Source: Candidatus Elulimicrobium sp.
GTDB taxonomy: Bacteria > Omnitrophota > Gorgyraeia > Zapsychrales > Fredricksoniimonadaceae
DNA length: 64,000 nucleotides
Assembly (NCBI GenBank): GCA_020720365.1
Contig: DYOU01000001.1
Location: 32,459-96,458, forward strand
Reading direction: 5' to 3'
Part shown: positions 1 to 9,518 of the stretch, one piece after another
Layout of the letters: every line of letters begins with the position of its first letter
How positions within the stretch are numbered: position 1 is the first letter of the stretch
Translations under genes and position numbers: made by a program
Notes under the pieces: generated by a model
The model's input: only the letters and a program-made list of their open reading frames with translations
Database searches by the model: none
Told to the model about the DNA's origin: nothing

Positions 1-1159
1 AAAGGGTTTTACGATAGGCGCGTGTTCCGGACAGCAATATGCCTCCTGCCAGAATGAACCAGAAGCCATTCCATTTAGGATGTTTCAGTTCAATCCCCAA
101 ATAGATAAAAGTTGCATATAGTCTTTCCATCAGAATGGGTTGAGTCGCGGTTGTCAGCCCATTGATGAAGGTACGGCTGTCAGGAGCCCATAATGTTTGG
201 AAAAAGAGTGTAGGCAGAAAGGATAAGATGAGCGCGAATAGTGGAACCTTCCAGGAGGAGGCGACTATTTTTCTGAGTGAAGGAGATCGCAGGATCGCCG
301 CTGCGCACATGAGGGCGGTGATCAGGGAGAGTACAAGTCCTTCACTTTTTGTAAAGCTCATGAAACCAAGGCTCAAGAGCAGGATGGATAAGTAGCTGTT
401 TGATCGGCGTTCAATAAAAAGCTTGAATGCCAGCAAGGCACTCAGCAGCCATGTTCCTGTTAGCAGGTCGCTATATTGGCTGGAGGCGAGGATGACCATG
501 AACATGACCGATAGTGCCCATAGCGGAGCGAGCAAGGAGGAAAGAGTCTTGTTTATTTCCTTGAGTCCGAAGAACAGGATCCCGGACATCAGCAGGGAGA
601 TCTGGCAGGAGGTGGCCATGGGGGTCGCCTGGGAGGGTTCTCCGGTAAAACACCATGCCCAGACATTCACGAGAGGGAGCAGGAAAGGGTAGCTGATATT
701 GGAACGCCAGAGCGCGGGGTCCATCATACCGCGCCAGCCGTCGCCTCCGAGGAAAAGAAATTTGGCCTTCAGGTTCCAGCATGACCAGGCATCCCACCCG
801 CCATGCGGATAAGCGGCGGCATAAAGAAAGACGGGGATATGAAAAAGAATGAGAAAAAAGAGCCCGATCAAATCTTGCTTGTTCCAGGCATTCAGGGTGA
901 AGGGGAACGGGATCCCTTTATGTTTTGCCAGGAAGAACAGAAAGAGTGTTACGGTACAATTCAGTGCAATGACATAACCGGGAAGGAGTTGGTTGAAGAA
1001 TAGAAAGCTGGTGAATGTCAGCAGAGCTGTTGTTCCCATGCCGATGAGGGCTCCGAGAAAAAGGAGTAGCGGCATGCGCGGGCGTTCAGAGGGCGGAAAG
1101 ATCGCGATGAGAAGAAAGAAGCCCTGCAGCAGCGATAGCACAAGGGGGAAGATCATCAT
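1..1159 (-). CDS. Multi-TM GT-C-like membrane protein (ArnT/PMT-like), truncated at left window edge
   Basis: Not in ORF track. Manual translation from ATG 1159: MMIFPLVLSLLQGFFLLIAIF...PHGGWDAWSCWNLKAKFLF...SYPFLLP...SSQYSD...FTKSEG, open to position 1. ATGA overlap with the upstream gene. Confidence 0.75.
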   Translation of the reverse strand, partial: MMIFPLVLSLLQGFFLLIAIFPPSERPRMPLLLFLGALIGMGTTALLTFTSFLFFNQLLPGYVIALNCTVTLFLFFLAKHKGIPFPFTLNAWNKQDLIGLFFLILFHIPVFLYAAAYPHGGWDAWSCWNLKAKFLFLGGDGWRGMMDPALWRSNISYPFLLPLVNVWAWCFTGEPSQATPMATSCQISLLMSGILFFGLKEINKTLSSLLAPLWALSVMFMVILASSQYSDLLTGTWLLSALLAFKLFIERRSNSYLSILLLSLGFMSFTKSEGLVLSLITALMCAAAILRSPSLRKIVASSWKVPLFALILSFLPTLFFQTLWAPDSRTFINGLTTATQPILMERLYATFIYLGIELKHPKWNGFWFILAGGILLSGTRAYRKTL

Positions 1160-1578
1160 AAGCCTTGCCTTTCAGCAAATATGATCCCCTGCGGGCTGCG
1201 TTTGAGTGGTTTTGCCGACAACTGAACAGCCGCGGCAAAAGCTTTTTTCTCATCCTGAAAATCCAGGATCAGGAAATGATGCGTGCTGTTGCCGAGATCC
1301 AGGATGACCGGAGCAAGGGTGAATTGAGCCTGGGTCAAGCGCATGGAAACTTTATCGTCTTTGATATCGCGGTCTGTCAGATAGCCGATATATTTTTCAT
1401 TTCCGCTGGCGCCTTTGATCGGGGCGAAAAGGTCTCCGCCGAAGAAATAAGGATGAAGGCGGCGTTTAACGAAGAGTGTTTTAAGGTCATGCATAACATC
1501 GATTGATCCGCCGATAATGGCGAGCAGAAGGATTAATCGAACACTGTTGCGGCGTGTCAGCCAACCGGGGATTTTCAT
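1156..1578 (-). CDS. Hypothetical protein with N-terminal TM anchor
   Basis: 140 aa ORF with hydrophobic N-terminus, translationally coupled to the downstream membrane gene. Confidence 0.7.
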   Translation of the reverse strand: MKIPGWLTRRNSVRLILLLAIIGGSIDVMHDLKTLFVKRRLHPYFFGGDLFAPIKGASGNEKYIGYLTDRDIKDDKVSMRLTQAQFTLAPVILDLGNSTHHFLILDFQDEKKAFAAAVQLSAKPLKRSPQGIIFAERQGL

Positions 1579-1584
1579 GTGTTC

Positions 1585-1612
1585 ATTCTAGAAGGTCGTG
1601 TGTAAATTGCAA
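1585..1612 (-). promoter_or_regulatory. Sigma70-type promoter, likely leaderless transcript
   Basis: TTGCAA-N16-TAGAAT, then 6 nt to ATG 1578; no SD. Confidence 0.5.
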
Positions 1613-1659
1613 GTGCTAGTCTGGGATATCCAGATTTATCTTGTATAATACGGTTGCTT

Positions 1660-3219
1660 ATGAACAGTTACCGGTTTTTGATGGATTTTGTGCAGACTTA
1701 TCGGGGATGGTTGTTGCTGACGGTTATTCTTGCCGTGACCGTGGCAGCGTACTATCCTTCACTTTTTCACTGCGCCCGTGCGGATCAGGTATCTTTTCTG
1801 GCTGAATACGGGATGCAAACGTCCTGGAAGGATTTGACGTTCGGAGTGATGGACTATAATCGTACGCGGCTTTTCTCTCCAGGTGATTCGCTTCTTTTTC
1901 GTCCGTTGTTGTTTGTATTTCTGGGTATTCAGAAGATATTTTTCGGGTACAATTTCTTTTGGTGGCAGGTTGTGGCTTTGGGGGCGCATCTTTTTACGGT
2001 GGCCGCTTTATGGCGTTTGTTATTGCGTTGGGGAGGGCCCGGAAGCCATGCGGCAGCGGCAGTATTTTCTCTTTTCTTTTCCTTGTTATTCGTGAATGTT
2101 GAGGCAGTTGTCTGGCATGGGATTACACCGTATGTATTTTTTGCGGGACTGATCATTCTGGCATTGGAACGCCTGGAGAAATATATTGTTTCTGATGGCG
2201 AGGATCGTGTTTCCCTGGCGGAGTGTACAGGGATACTGTTCGCGGCAGTGCTGATCTATGAAGCGGCCGTTTGGTATATCCCGTGTTTCTTTATGGTTAC
2301 GATCCTTCGTTTGTTCCGCTTGAAACAGGTGAAATTTGGAGTCAGGGCGATGGTGTTGTTATTGCCGTTGGCGGTTTATTTAACGTGGAGCTTGGGCCAT
2401 TTTTTCTTGTCAGGCGCTGTTGTGGAAGGAGAGGTAGAGGTAATGATGTCGGTCTCGATCTTGGGATTGACGGCAGAGAATTTCATTAAATTAGTGAAAT
2501 GGTTCTTGGCTGGCGGACTTTTTCTTCAAGGCCAGGATGTTCGTCCGTTCAGCCGTATGATGGTGGCACCGGAGCTTTTGGGATGGGATTGGCCGATGTT
2601 CAGCGGTTTTATCTCCCGATGGACGGGGGCGGCAGCGGCCGTGTTTATGCTGGCCGCGGTCATTGTTTCGTTAAGGAGTTTTCGGGAAGGCTGGCGGGTT
2701 GGTTTGCTTGGCCTTATGTTGACGGGGTATGTGTTGATCTTAACGGTTGGGCGTGCGAATGTCCGCGCCGATGGGACGGGGCTTGAAAGCAGCCTGTATT
2801 ATTTCTATAACTTCTGGGTCCTGGCAACAGTTATCCTGTTTGTGACGGTGCAAGGCCTTTTTAAAGCTGATGGCTGGCGGAGGTTTCTGGCTGCAGGGCT
2901 TGGCATGGCCGTTATTGTTTTTTCTTTGTTCAATGCCTGGCAGATCCGTCAATTGACAGCCCGGATGGCGCGGGACCATCAGGCGTGTATCATTCTGGTA
3001 AAAACAGTGGATGCTCTTATTGCTGAACACAGTAAAGAAACCGGGTTCTCTTTTTATGTTTCGCCGAGTGTCCCCGGTAATTTCATTGTTTCCTGGTTAG
3101 TGAAGAAGGGCGATCCGGCCGGCCGGCAGTACACCTATGCCGAGGCGCTTTACCCGTTGTATTTCAATGCCGTCGCGCCGAAATACATTATTCATAATGG
3201 CAGTCGGCAGGGCCTGTGA
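1660..3219 (+). CDS. Multi-TM membrane protein, GT-C-like
   Basis: About 520 aa with many TM segments; ARADQ..FRPL..EAVVW pattern typical of GT-C-like proteins; start could be 1654, 1660 or 1681. Confidence 0.65.
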   Translation: MNSYRFLMDFVQTYRGWLLLTVILAVTVAAYYPSLFHCARADQVSFLAEYGMQTSWKDLTFGVMDYNRTRLFSPGDSLLFRPLLFVFLGIQKIFFGYNFFWWQVVALGAHLFTVAALWRLLLRWGGPGSHAAAAVFSLFFSLLFVNVEAVVWHGITPYVFFAGLIILALERLEKYIVSDGEDRVSLAECTGILFAAVLIYEAAVWYIPCFFMVTILRLFRLKQVKFGVRAMVLLLPLAVYLTWSLGHFFLSGAVVEGEVEVMMSVSILGLTAENFIKLVKWFLAGGLFLQGQDVRPFSRMMVAPELLGWDWPMFSGFISRWTGAAAAVFMLAAVIVSLRSFREGWRVGLLGLMLTGYVLILTVGRANVRADGTGLESSLYYFYNFWVLATVILFVTVQGLFKADGWRRFLAAGLGMAVIVFSLFNAWQIRQLTARMARDHQACIILVKTVDALIAEHSKETGFSFYVSPSVPGNFIVSWLVKKGDPAGRQYTYAEALYPLYFNAVAPKYIIHNGSRQGL

Positions 3220-3351
3220 GCGATCAAAGCGCAACATTAACGCAGAAAATCTTTGTCTGACGGTTGTGATACGGGATAGTTTAAAGAAAACACTTTGTTA
3301 TCAGCCTCCTGGTCTATATAATATATAAAAATTTTTAAACAGGAGGTTGCT

Positions 3352-4368
3352 GTGATTTCTGTTGGAGTTATCGGGTGCGGTCATTGGGGGCCCAATCATA
3401 TTCGTGTCTTTTCTCAGCTGCCGGATTCACAATGCTTGATGTGTGCGGATGTCGATGAAGCGCGTCTTAAGGCTGTTAAATCTCTTTTTCCATCGGTTGA
3501 ATTTACCAGGGATCATCAGGATATCCTGGCGAATCCAGCGATTGATGCGGTCTGTATTGCAGCTCCGACACGGTTCCATTATCAGCTTACCAGGGAAGCA
3601 TTGGCTTCCGGTAAGCATGTATTATGCGAAAAGCCGTTGGCGATGCTGCCTGAGGAGTGCCTGGAATTGAAGGCTCTGGCGGATAAGGCGGGAAAAGTTC
3701 TGATGGTGGGGCATGTCTTTACGTTTAATTCGGGTATTCGCTGGGTCAAGGCTTATATTGATTCCGGCGAAATGGGGAAGATCTTTTATGCTCATTCCGA
3801 GCGCACGAATCTGGGGCCGTTCCGTTATGATGTGAACGCTCTTTGGGATCTGGCGCCTCATGATATTTCCATCTTTGATTATCTTCTGGGGTGCGGGGCG
3901 GTGAGCGCCTCGGCGCGCGGGTTAAAATGCCTGGGGAATACACTGGAAGACCTTGCTTTTGCTACTCTGGATTATCCGGATTCCAGGCTGGTGAATATTC
4001 ACGTCAGCTGGGCGGATCCGCGTAAAGTCCGTCAGATCACGATTGTTGGAGAAAAGAAAATGCTGGTGTGGGATGACCTTGATCCTCTCGGAGCTGTGCG
4101 CGTGTATGACAAATATGTAGAGCGTACGACCAAGTACTATGAGAGTTACGGCGAGTTTCAGCTGCTTTCGCGTGAAGGCTCGATCACGATCCCCAAGATC
4201 AATCTGGGAGAACCCCTTAAGAGCCAGGGGCAGTATTTTATTGAATGTGTCAAGAATGGCGTTGCGCCGGAGATCGCCGATGCGTTAAAGGCCGCTTCTG
4301 TTGTGCGCACCTTGGCGGCTGTGCAGAAATCCATGGATAACGGTGGAGCGTCAGTCAGGATCGTATGA
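3352..4368 (+). CDS. Gfo/Idh/MocA oxidoreductase (WlbA/WbpB-like nucleotide-sugar dehydrogenase)
   Basis: GVIGCGHWG Rossmann motif, CEKP, DLAPHD; SD AGGAGG. Confidence 0.85.
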   Translation: MISVGVIGCGHWGPNHIRVFSQLPDSQCLMCADVDEARLKAVKSLFPSVEFTRDHQDILANPAIDAVCIAAPTRFHYQLTREALASGKHVLCEKPLAMLPEECLELKALADKAGKVLMVGHVFTFNSGIRWVKAYIDSGEMGKIFYAHSERTNLGPFRYDVNALWDLAPHDISIFDYLLGCGAVSASARGLKCLGNTLEDLAFATLDYPDSRLVNIHVSWADPRKVRQITIVGEKKMLVWDDLDPLGAVRVYDKYVERTTKYYESYGEFQLLSREGSITIPKINLGEPLKSQGQYFIECVKNGVAPEIADALKAASVVRTLAAVQKSMDNGGASVRIV

Positions 4369-4868
4369 GTTTCTTCCAGCATCCTACCGCATTAGTCAGT
4401 GAACAGGCGCATATCGGGGAAGGGACCCGTGTTTGGGCTTTTGTTAATATTATGGACGGAGCGGTTATCGGCCGGAATTGCAATATATGCGATCATTGTT
4501 ATGTTGAGGGTAAAGTCCGCCTGGGAGATCAGGTGACGATCAAGAATAATGTGCCTGTCTATGATGGCGTTATTATTGAAGATAATGTATTTGTCGGGCC
4601 GAACGCGACTTTTGTGAATGATCGTCATCCGCGCAGCCGCAGTTCAGGCTGGACGCTGGAGCCGACATTGCTCAGGAAGGGTGCGTCTATCGGGGCTAAT
4701 GCGACGGTGATGTGCGGCGTGACGGTAGGTGAGTATGCGGTCATTGGGGCCGGTTGTGTCGTGGTACGTGACGTTCCTCCGCATGCGGTCATGGTGGGAA
4801 ATCCTGCACGGCAGATCGGTTGGGTCAATAAGGATGGGCAGCGTGTGAACCCTGAGGAGCTTGTTTGA
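4365..4868 (+). CDS. Hexapeptide-repeat N-acetyltransferase (WlbB/WbpD/WxcM-like)
   Basis: LbH repeats, FVNDRHPRS, VGNPAR. Confidence 0.85.
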   Translation: MSFFQHPTALVSEQAHIGEGTRVWAFVNIMDGAVIGRNCNICDHCYVEGKVRLGDQVTIKNNVPVYDGVIIEDNVFVGPNATFVNDRHPRSRSSGWTLEPTLLRKGASIGANATVMCGVTVGEYAVIGAGCVVVRDVPPHAVMVGNPARQIGWVNKDGQRVNPEELV

Positions 4869-5590
4869 AGATCCTCGTCTGTCCTATTGCTTATAACGAG
4901 CGTGTTAAACTGCAAAGTGTTGTTGAACGTTTTTTGAAAAGCCCGGTATGCGGCAAGGTAGATTATGCTGTGGTGGACGATGGGTCTAATGACGGCACAG
5001 AAGCGCTCCTTTGTTCTTACGCGCCGCGCGGTGTGCGGACGTTGCGCCATGTTTTTCAGCGCGGCGTTGGCGCTGCCATACGGACGGCGATCAAACATGC
5101 CTGTGCGCATCATTATGATGTCTTGGTGATCATGGCCGGCAATGACAAGGATAATCCGGACGAGATCCCGGTCCTGCTGCAGGCGGTCGAGGCGGGGTTT
5201 GATTTTGTCCAGGGGTCGCGGTATAAGGGCAAGGTGGGGACAGGCGGAGATATGCCGTTCTATCGCAAGATCGCGACGAGGTTTCATCCGTGGTTAATGT
5301 CGTTCTTTCTGCGCGTACCTATTACGGACAGTACGAACGGGTTTCGGGCGTTTCGTTTGTCGATCTTCAATGACAAGCGGTTCAATATCGATCAGCCGTG
5401 GCTTGATGCTTATGAGCTCGAGCCGTATTTGATGTTCAAGGCCATTCAGTTCAGGCTTAAGTTCACCGAAGTTTTTGTTACCAAGATATATCCGCCGAAA
5501 AAACTTGGTTACACCAAGATGAAGCCGTTCCTCGGCTGGTGGAGTATTCTGAAACCGGTGTTCTATTTAGGATTGGGGATAAGGAAATGA
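4865..5590 (+). CDS. GT2 glycosyltransferase (polyprenol-phosphate sugar synthase-like)
   Basis: VVDDGSNDGT, VQGSRY, DSTNGFRA. Confidence 0.85.
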   Translation: MKILVCPIAYNERVKLQSVVERFLKSPVCGKVDYAVVDDGSNDGTEALLCSYAPRGVRTLRHVFQRGVGAAIRTAIKHACAHHYDVLVIMAGNDKDNPDEIPVLLQAVEAGFDFVQGSRYKGKVGTGGDMPFYRKIATRFHPWLMSFFLRVPITDSTNGFRAFRLSIFNDKRFNIDQPWLDAYELEPYLMFKAIQFRLKFTEVFVTKIYPPKKLGYTKMKPFLGWWSILKPVFYLGLGIRK

Positions 5591-6366
5591 AGATTTACGG
5601 AAAGAATCCGGTGCTGGAGCGCCTTAAGGCTAACCCCAGGAGTGTTCGCGTTATTTTTATTCAGGCGGGAAATCCTGAGCACAGTTATATCGCGTCGAAG
5701 GCGAAAAAGTACGGGATACCGATCACGGTTATCGACGGTCGTAAAATGCTCAAGCTTGGCCGTAGTATGAATACTCAAGGGCTGCTTATGGAGGTCGAGG
5801 ATTTTACGTACCTGGACTTTGAAGATGTCCTGGATGAAGCGGCGGCCGGAAGGACAACATTTGTTTTTCTGGATGGGCTTAATGATCCGCAGAACCTCGG
5901 CGCGATCATCCGCAGCCTGGGCTGTTTGGGCGGGTTTACTTTGGTTCTTCCCACTCATGACTCCGTGCACGTGACGGAGGCTGTCCTGCGGGTGGCTTGC
6001 GGCGGCGATAATTACATCAGGATCGCGAAAGTTAATAATTTGAATCAGGCCATTCAAAAAGCCAAGTCCCGGGGGATTTGGATCGCCGGCAGCGTGGTCA
6101 AGGATGGCGAGGATATCAAGAAAGTCAAATTACCGTTCCCTATTGCATTAGTGATCGGATCAGAGGAGAAGGGGATCCGGGATGTGACGCTGCAGAAGCT
6201 GGATGTCAAGCTGACGATCCCTATGGCATTCCCCCGAATGTCGCTTAACGCCGCGCATGCCGCGAGCATATTTTGCTATGAGATCATTAAACAAAGACCA
6301 AAAAGTATTAAAACAACAGCCGCTCTCGAAGGGGAAAAGCTCCGCCTCGATAACCTCCCGGAGTAA
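5587..6366 (+). CDS. rlmB: 23S rRNA Gm2251 2'-O-methyltransferase
   Basis: IYGKNPVLE, LDGLNDPQNLGAIIRS, GSEEKG, SLNAAHA (SPOUT); start moved to the ATGA overlap at 5587. Confidence 0.85.
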   Translation: MKIYGKNPVLERLKANPRSVRVIFIQAGNPEHSYIASKAKKYGIPITVIDGRKMLKLGRSMNTQGLLMEVEDFTYLDFEDVLDEAAAGRTTFVFLDGLNDPQNLGAIIRSLGCLGGFTLVLPTHDSVHVTEAVLRVACGGDNYIRIAKVNNLNQAIQKAKSRGIWIAGSVVKDGEDIKKVKLPFPIALVIGSEEKGIRDVTLQKLDVKLTIPMAFPRMSLNAAHAASIFCYEIIKQRPKSIKTTAALEGEKLRLDNLPE

Positions 6367-6928
6367 GGCCCTGGATTTCTTTGCCGAAGCCGGATTGCTG
6401 AAGCGTGTTAAGCGCAGCGGCTGGTGGGTGGCGGGGATCGAGAATCCGGAGAGTGTGGCGGATCATTGTTTTCGTTGTGCTGTGATCGGTTTTTATATGG
6501 CGCATGAAGAAGGCGCGGATCCGTATCGTGTCCTGGCGATGACTCTTTTCAATGATATTCATGAAGCCCGCATTAATGATCTTCACAAGATGGGGCATTA
6601 TTACATTGATTTTAAGGCCGCCGAAAAACGGGTTTTTGCCGATCAGGTGGCAGGGCTTCCTTCTAAAGTAAAGACAGAGTTGACGGACATCCGCACAGAT
6701 TATGACGCGCAGCATTCACTGGAGGCCTTGGTGGCGAGGGATGCCGATATTCTGGAGTGCCTGGTGCAGGCCAAGGAATATATGGATAACGGATATCCTG
6801 TTGCCAGAAAATTTCTTAAGCGTGCGCCGGGTTTTCTAAAGACGCGGACAGCGATAAACTTGTGGGACTCGCTTCAGGAGTGGGATTCGACTGTGTGGTG
6901 GGAGAATGTTGTCAAGTTCGAAAGGTAA
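6278..6928 (+). CDS. HD-domain hydrolase (YfbR/HDDC2-like 5'-nucleotidase)
   Basis: LKRVKRSGW, ESVADH, DADILE; start uncertain; overlaps rlmB 3' end. Confidence 0.8.
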   Translation: MRSLNKDQKVLKQQPLSKGKSSASITSRSKALDFFAEAGLLKRVKRSGWWVAGIENPESVADHCFRCAVIGFYMAHEEGADPYRVLAMTLFNDIHEARINDLHKMGHYYIDFKAAEKRVFADQVAGLPSKVKTELTDIRTDYDAQHSLEALVARDADILECLVQAKEYMDNGYPVARKFLKRAPGFLKTRTAINLWDSLQEWDSTVWWENVVKFER

Positions 6929-7087
6929 TGATGAGTTGGTTTCCTTGCGCTCTGTTCACAGTTGGACTTGAAAGACCGTATTAAGGCTGTTAAAAAAAGA
7001 GATTGAATTGGTGAAGGCGAAATAATAAGATTTAATGTATAATGAATTCTTATACAAATATGAAACATAACTATTATTAGAGAGCTA

Positions 7088-9049
7088 ATGTCCATTAAAG
7101 ATAATAATCTTCCTCATTTTATCGATTCGCTCAAGATCGGTGTCGGCCGTACGACATTTGGTATGAGCGCACAATTCCTTTTTGTGAATGTGGCGCTTGC
7201 CGAGATGCTGCAATACAGCCAGGCGGAGCTGCTGGGCTGTAAGATGGCGGATATTTTTGAAAATAAAAAAGCCTTGTCTGATTTTGTGACGCTTCTGAAA
7301 AAGAAGGTCAGTGTTGAGGGGTACGAGATTTTGTTGAGGCGTAGAAGGGTTGGGACGATTTGGGCATCATTATCTGTTACCGTTGATACAGACCTCAAAG
7401 AACGTCCGCAGTTCTTGAATCTGGTGATCGAAGATATTACCAGAAAGAAAGAAGTGGAGCTCGACCTGTTGCGGTCGAAGGAGATCTTCAAGGTTGTCTT
7501 TGATAATTCCGCGGCAACGATCACGGTTACGGATCAGGATGAAAAGATCGTGGCGTGGAATCCTTTTACGGAGAAGATGCTGGAGATGAGCGGTGACGAT
7601 CTTTTTAACAAGCCGATCAAGGATCTTTATCCCGAACGCGAGTGGCGCAAGATGCGCAAGCTCAATATTCGCAAGAAGGGGGTCTTGTCGGGGATCAATA
7701 CCCAGGTGATCAAGAAAGACGGTACGATCCTGGATGTGGATGCGTCGATCACTGTGCTTAAAGATGCGCACGGCAAGGTTGTCGGGTCGATCGGTATCCT
7801 GCGGGATATCAGCAAGCAAAAACGCATTCAAGAAGTCCTGCTTCAGGCCAAGTTAGCGGCGGAAGAGGCGAACAGTTCCAAGAGTATGTTCCTGGCCAAA
7901 ATGTCGCATGAGCTGCGCACACCGATGAACGGGGTGCTTGGGATGCTGGACCTGACGCTGGACACACCATTGACAGATGAGCAAAGAGATAATTTGAAAG
8001 TCGCCAAGGATGCGGCAGGGAATCTTTTGGGTTTACTGAATGATATCCTGGACCTTTCCAAGGCGGAAGCGGGAAAGATCACGATCGAAAGCATCGAGAT
8101 CAGCCTGCGCGATGTCATCAAAAGCGTATGCAAGGGGCTGGCGGTCCTCGCCCAGAATAAAGGCCTTGAGCTGCGGTATTTTGTAGCGGAAGATGTTCCG
8201 ACTTTGATCATGGGGGATCCGGTCCGTGTCCGGCAGATCATCATCAATTTTGTTAATAATTCTATTAAATTTACACATCAGGGGCATGTGGAAGTTTCTG
8301 TCCGCCTTAAGCAGCCTCAGGGTGAAGATGGTTTTTGTGAGCTTCAGTTTGCGGTCTCGGATACGGGTATCGGTATCCCGAAATCGCGTCAGAACGCTCT
8401 TTTTGAAGTTTTCAGCCAGGTGGATGAGAGTACGTCACGGCGTTATGGCGGAACAGGCCTTGGGTTGGCTATCTGTAAGAAACTGGTGGAAATGATGGAT
8501 GGCCGTATCTGGATCGAGAGTGAAGAAGGTAAGGGCAGCAGTTTTATTTTCAGCTTGCGCCTTAAGGTCAGTCCGAGTGCTGTTTCGCTGGCGGCTCAAG
8601 GGGATGGGCAGGGAGTGGTTCAGGCCGTGGGGAAGGATGCGGCGGCCTCTTCAGAGGATGTTGGCCGTTTGCGCATTCTTCTGGCAGAAGATAATCTGGT
8701 GAATCAGAAGATCGCGGCCAGGGTCCTGGAGAAGCGTGGATGGGAAGTTGTTTGTGCGTTGAACGGACGTGAGACATTGGATCTGTTGAGCAAGAATCAT
8801 TTTGATCTTATATTAATGGATGATCATATGCCTGAGATGTCAGGTGTTGAAGCGACGATCATTATTCGTACAGAGGAGAAGCAGACAGGATTGCATATTC
8901 CGATTATTGCCATGACAGCTAATGCGATGGCGGGAGACAAAGAAAGATATTTGTCGCATGGGATGGATGCGTATATTTCCAAGCCTATTGACCGTGACGT
9001 ATTGTTTCAAACCATTATTAACCAAATTCAACAGAGGAAATCCGAATGA
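7088..9049 (+). CDS. Cytoplasmic hybrid histidine kinase (PAS-PAS-HisKA-HATPase-REC)
   Basis: FLAKMSHELRTPMNG H-box, DTGIG, GGTGLGL, REC with LLAEDN..LMDDHMP..SKP. Confidence 0.95.
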   Translation: MSIKDNNLPHFIDSLKIGVGRTTFGMSAQFLFVNVALAEMLQYSQAELLGCKMADIFENKKALSDFVTLLKKKVSVEGYEILLRRRRVGTIWASLSVTVDTDLKERPQFLNLVIEDITRKKEVELDLLRSKEIFKVVFDNSAATITVTDQDEKIVAWNPFTEKMLEMSGDDLFNKPIKDLYPEREWRKMRKLNIRKKGVLSGINTQVIKKDGTILDVDASITVLKDAHGKVVGSIGILRDISKQKRIQEVLLQAKLAAEEANSSKSMFLAKMSHELRTPMNGVLGMLDLTLDTPLTDEQRDNLKVAKDAAGNLLGLLNDILDLSKAEAGKITIESIEISLRDVIKSVCKGLAVLAQNKGLELRYFVAEDVPTLIMGDPVRVRQIIINFVNNSIKFTHQGHVEVSVRLKQPQGEDGFCELQFAVSDTGIGIPKSRQNALFEVFSQVDESTSRRYGGTGLGLAICKKLVEMMDGRIWIESEEGKGSSFIFSLRLKVSPSAVSLAAQGDGQGVVQAVGKDAAASSEDVGRLRILLAEDNLVNQKIAARVLEKRGWEVVCALNGRETLDLLSKNHFDLILMDDHMPEMSGVEATIIIRTEEKQTGLHIPIIAMTANAMAGDKERYLSHGMDAYISKPIDRDVLFQTIINQIQQRKSE

Positions 9050-9396
9050 GTCAGGTCATTGATCTAAAAGATGTAATGGAGCGTGTGCAGGACGATAAAG
9101 AGCTTTTGCTCGAGTTGTTTGATATTTTTATTGAAGATTTCAAGAGTAAGCGTGACGGGTTCTGGAAGGCGTATGAGAAGCATGACCTGGCGACTTTTCA
9201 GTATTTGGCCCATGGCCTTAAGGGAGGGGCGGGGAATATTTCAGCTATGCAGATCCATGAGAACTGTATTAATCTTGACCGGATGGGTAAGGACGGGCAT
9301 ATTGAGAATGCCAAGTCGGCGCTTGAACTGCTGGATCAGCAGTTTGAAGCGTTTAAGGTTGAAGTGGCGCGGATCAAAGCGGAATTTGCGAAATAA
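9046..9396 (+). CDS. Hpt phosphotransfer protein
   Basis: LAHGLKGGAGNISA; coupled to the kinase. Confidence 0.9.
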   Translation: MSQVIDLKDVMERVQDDKELLLELFDIFIEDFKSKRDGFWKAYEKHDLATFQYLAHGLKGGAGNISAMQIHENCINLDRMGKDGHIENAKSALELLDQQFEAFKVEVARIKAEFAK

Positions 9397-9414
9397 CGAG
9401 AGTTCTTTTATAAT
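9386..9414 (+). promoter_or_regulatory. Sigma70 promoter
   Basis: TTGCGA-N17-TATAAT. Confidence 0.55.
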
Positions 9415-9433
9415 TCATCGAGGTGAAAGCGGA

Positions 9434-9466
9434 AAAGGGTCTTTCATATGAAAGGCCCTTTCTGTT
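9434..9466 (+). terminator. Long hairpin, probable intrinsic terminator
   Basis: AAAGGGTCTTTCAT/ATGAAAGGCCCTTT followed by a T-rich run. Confidence 0.6.
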
Positions 9467-9518
9467 TGGTCTTGTATTCAAGAGATGAATGGGGATTCTG
9501 TATTGAGGAAAATGTTGT

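Noticed and set aside
162-1506. Several short plus-strand ORFs
   Set aside because: Antisense to the minus-strand membrane-protein genes
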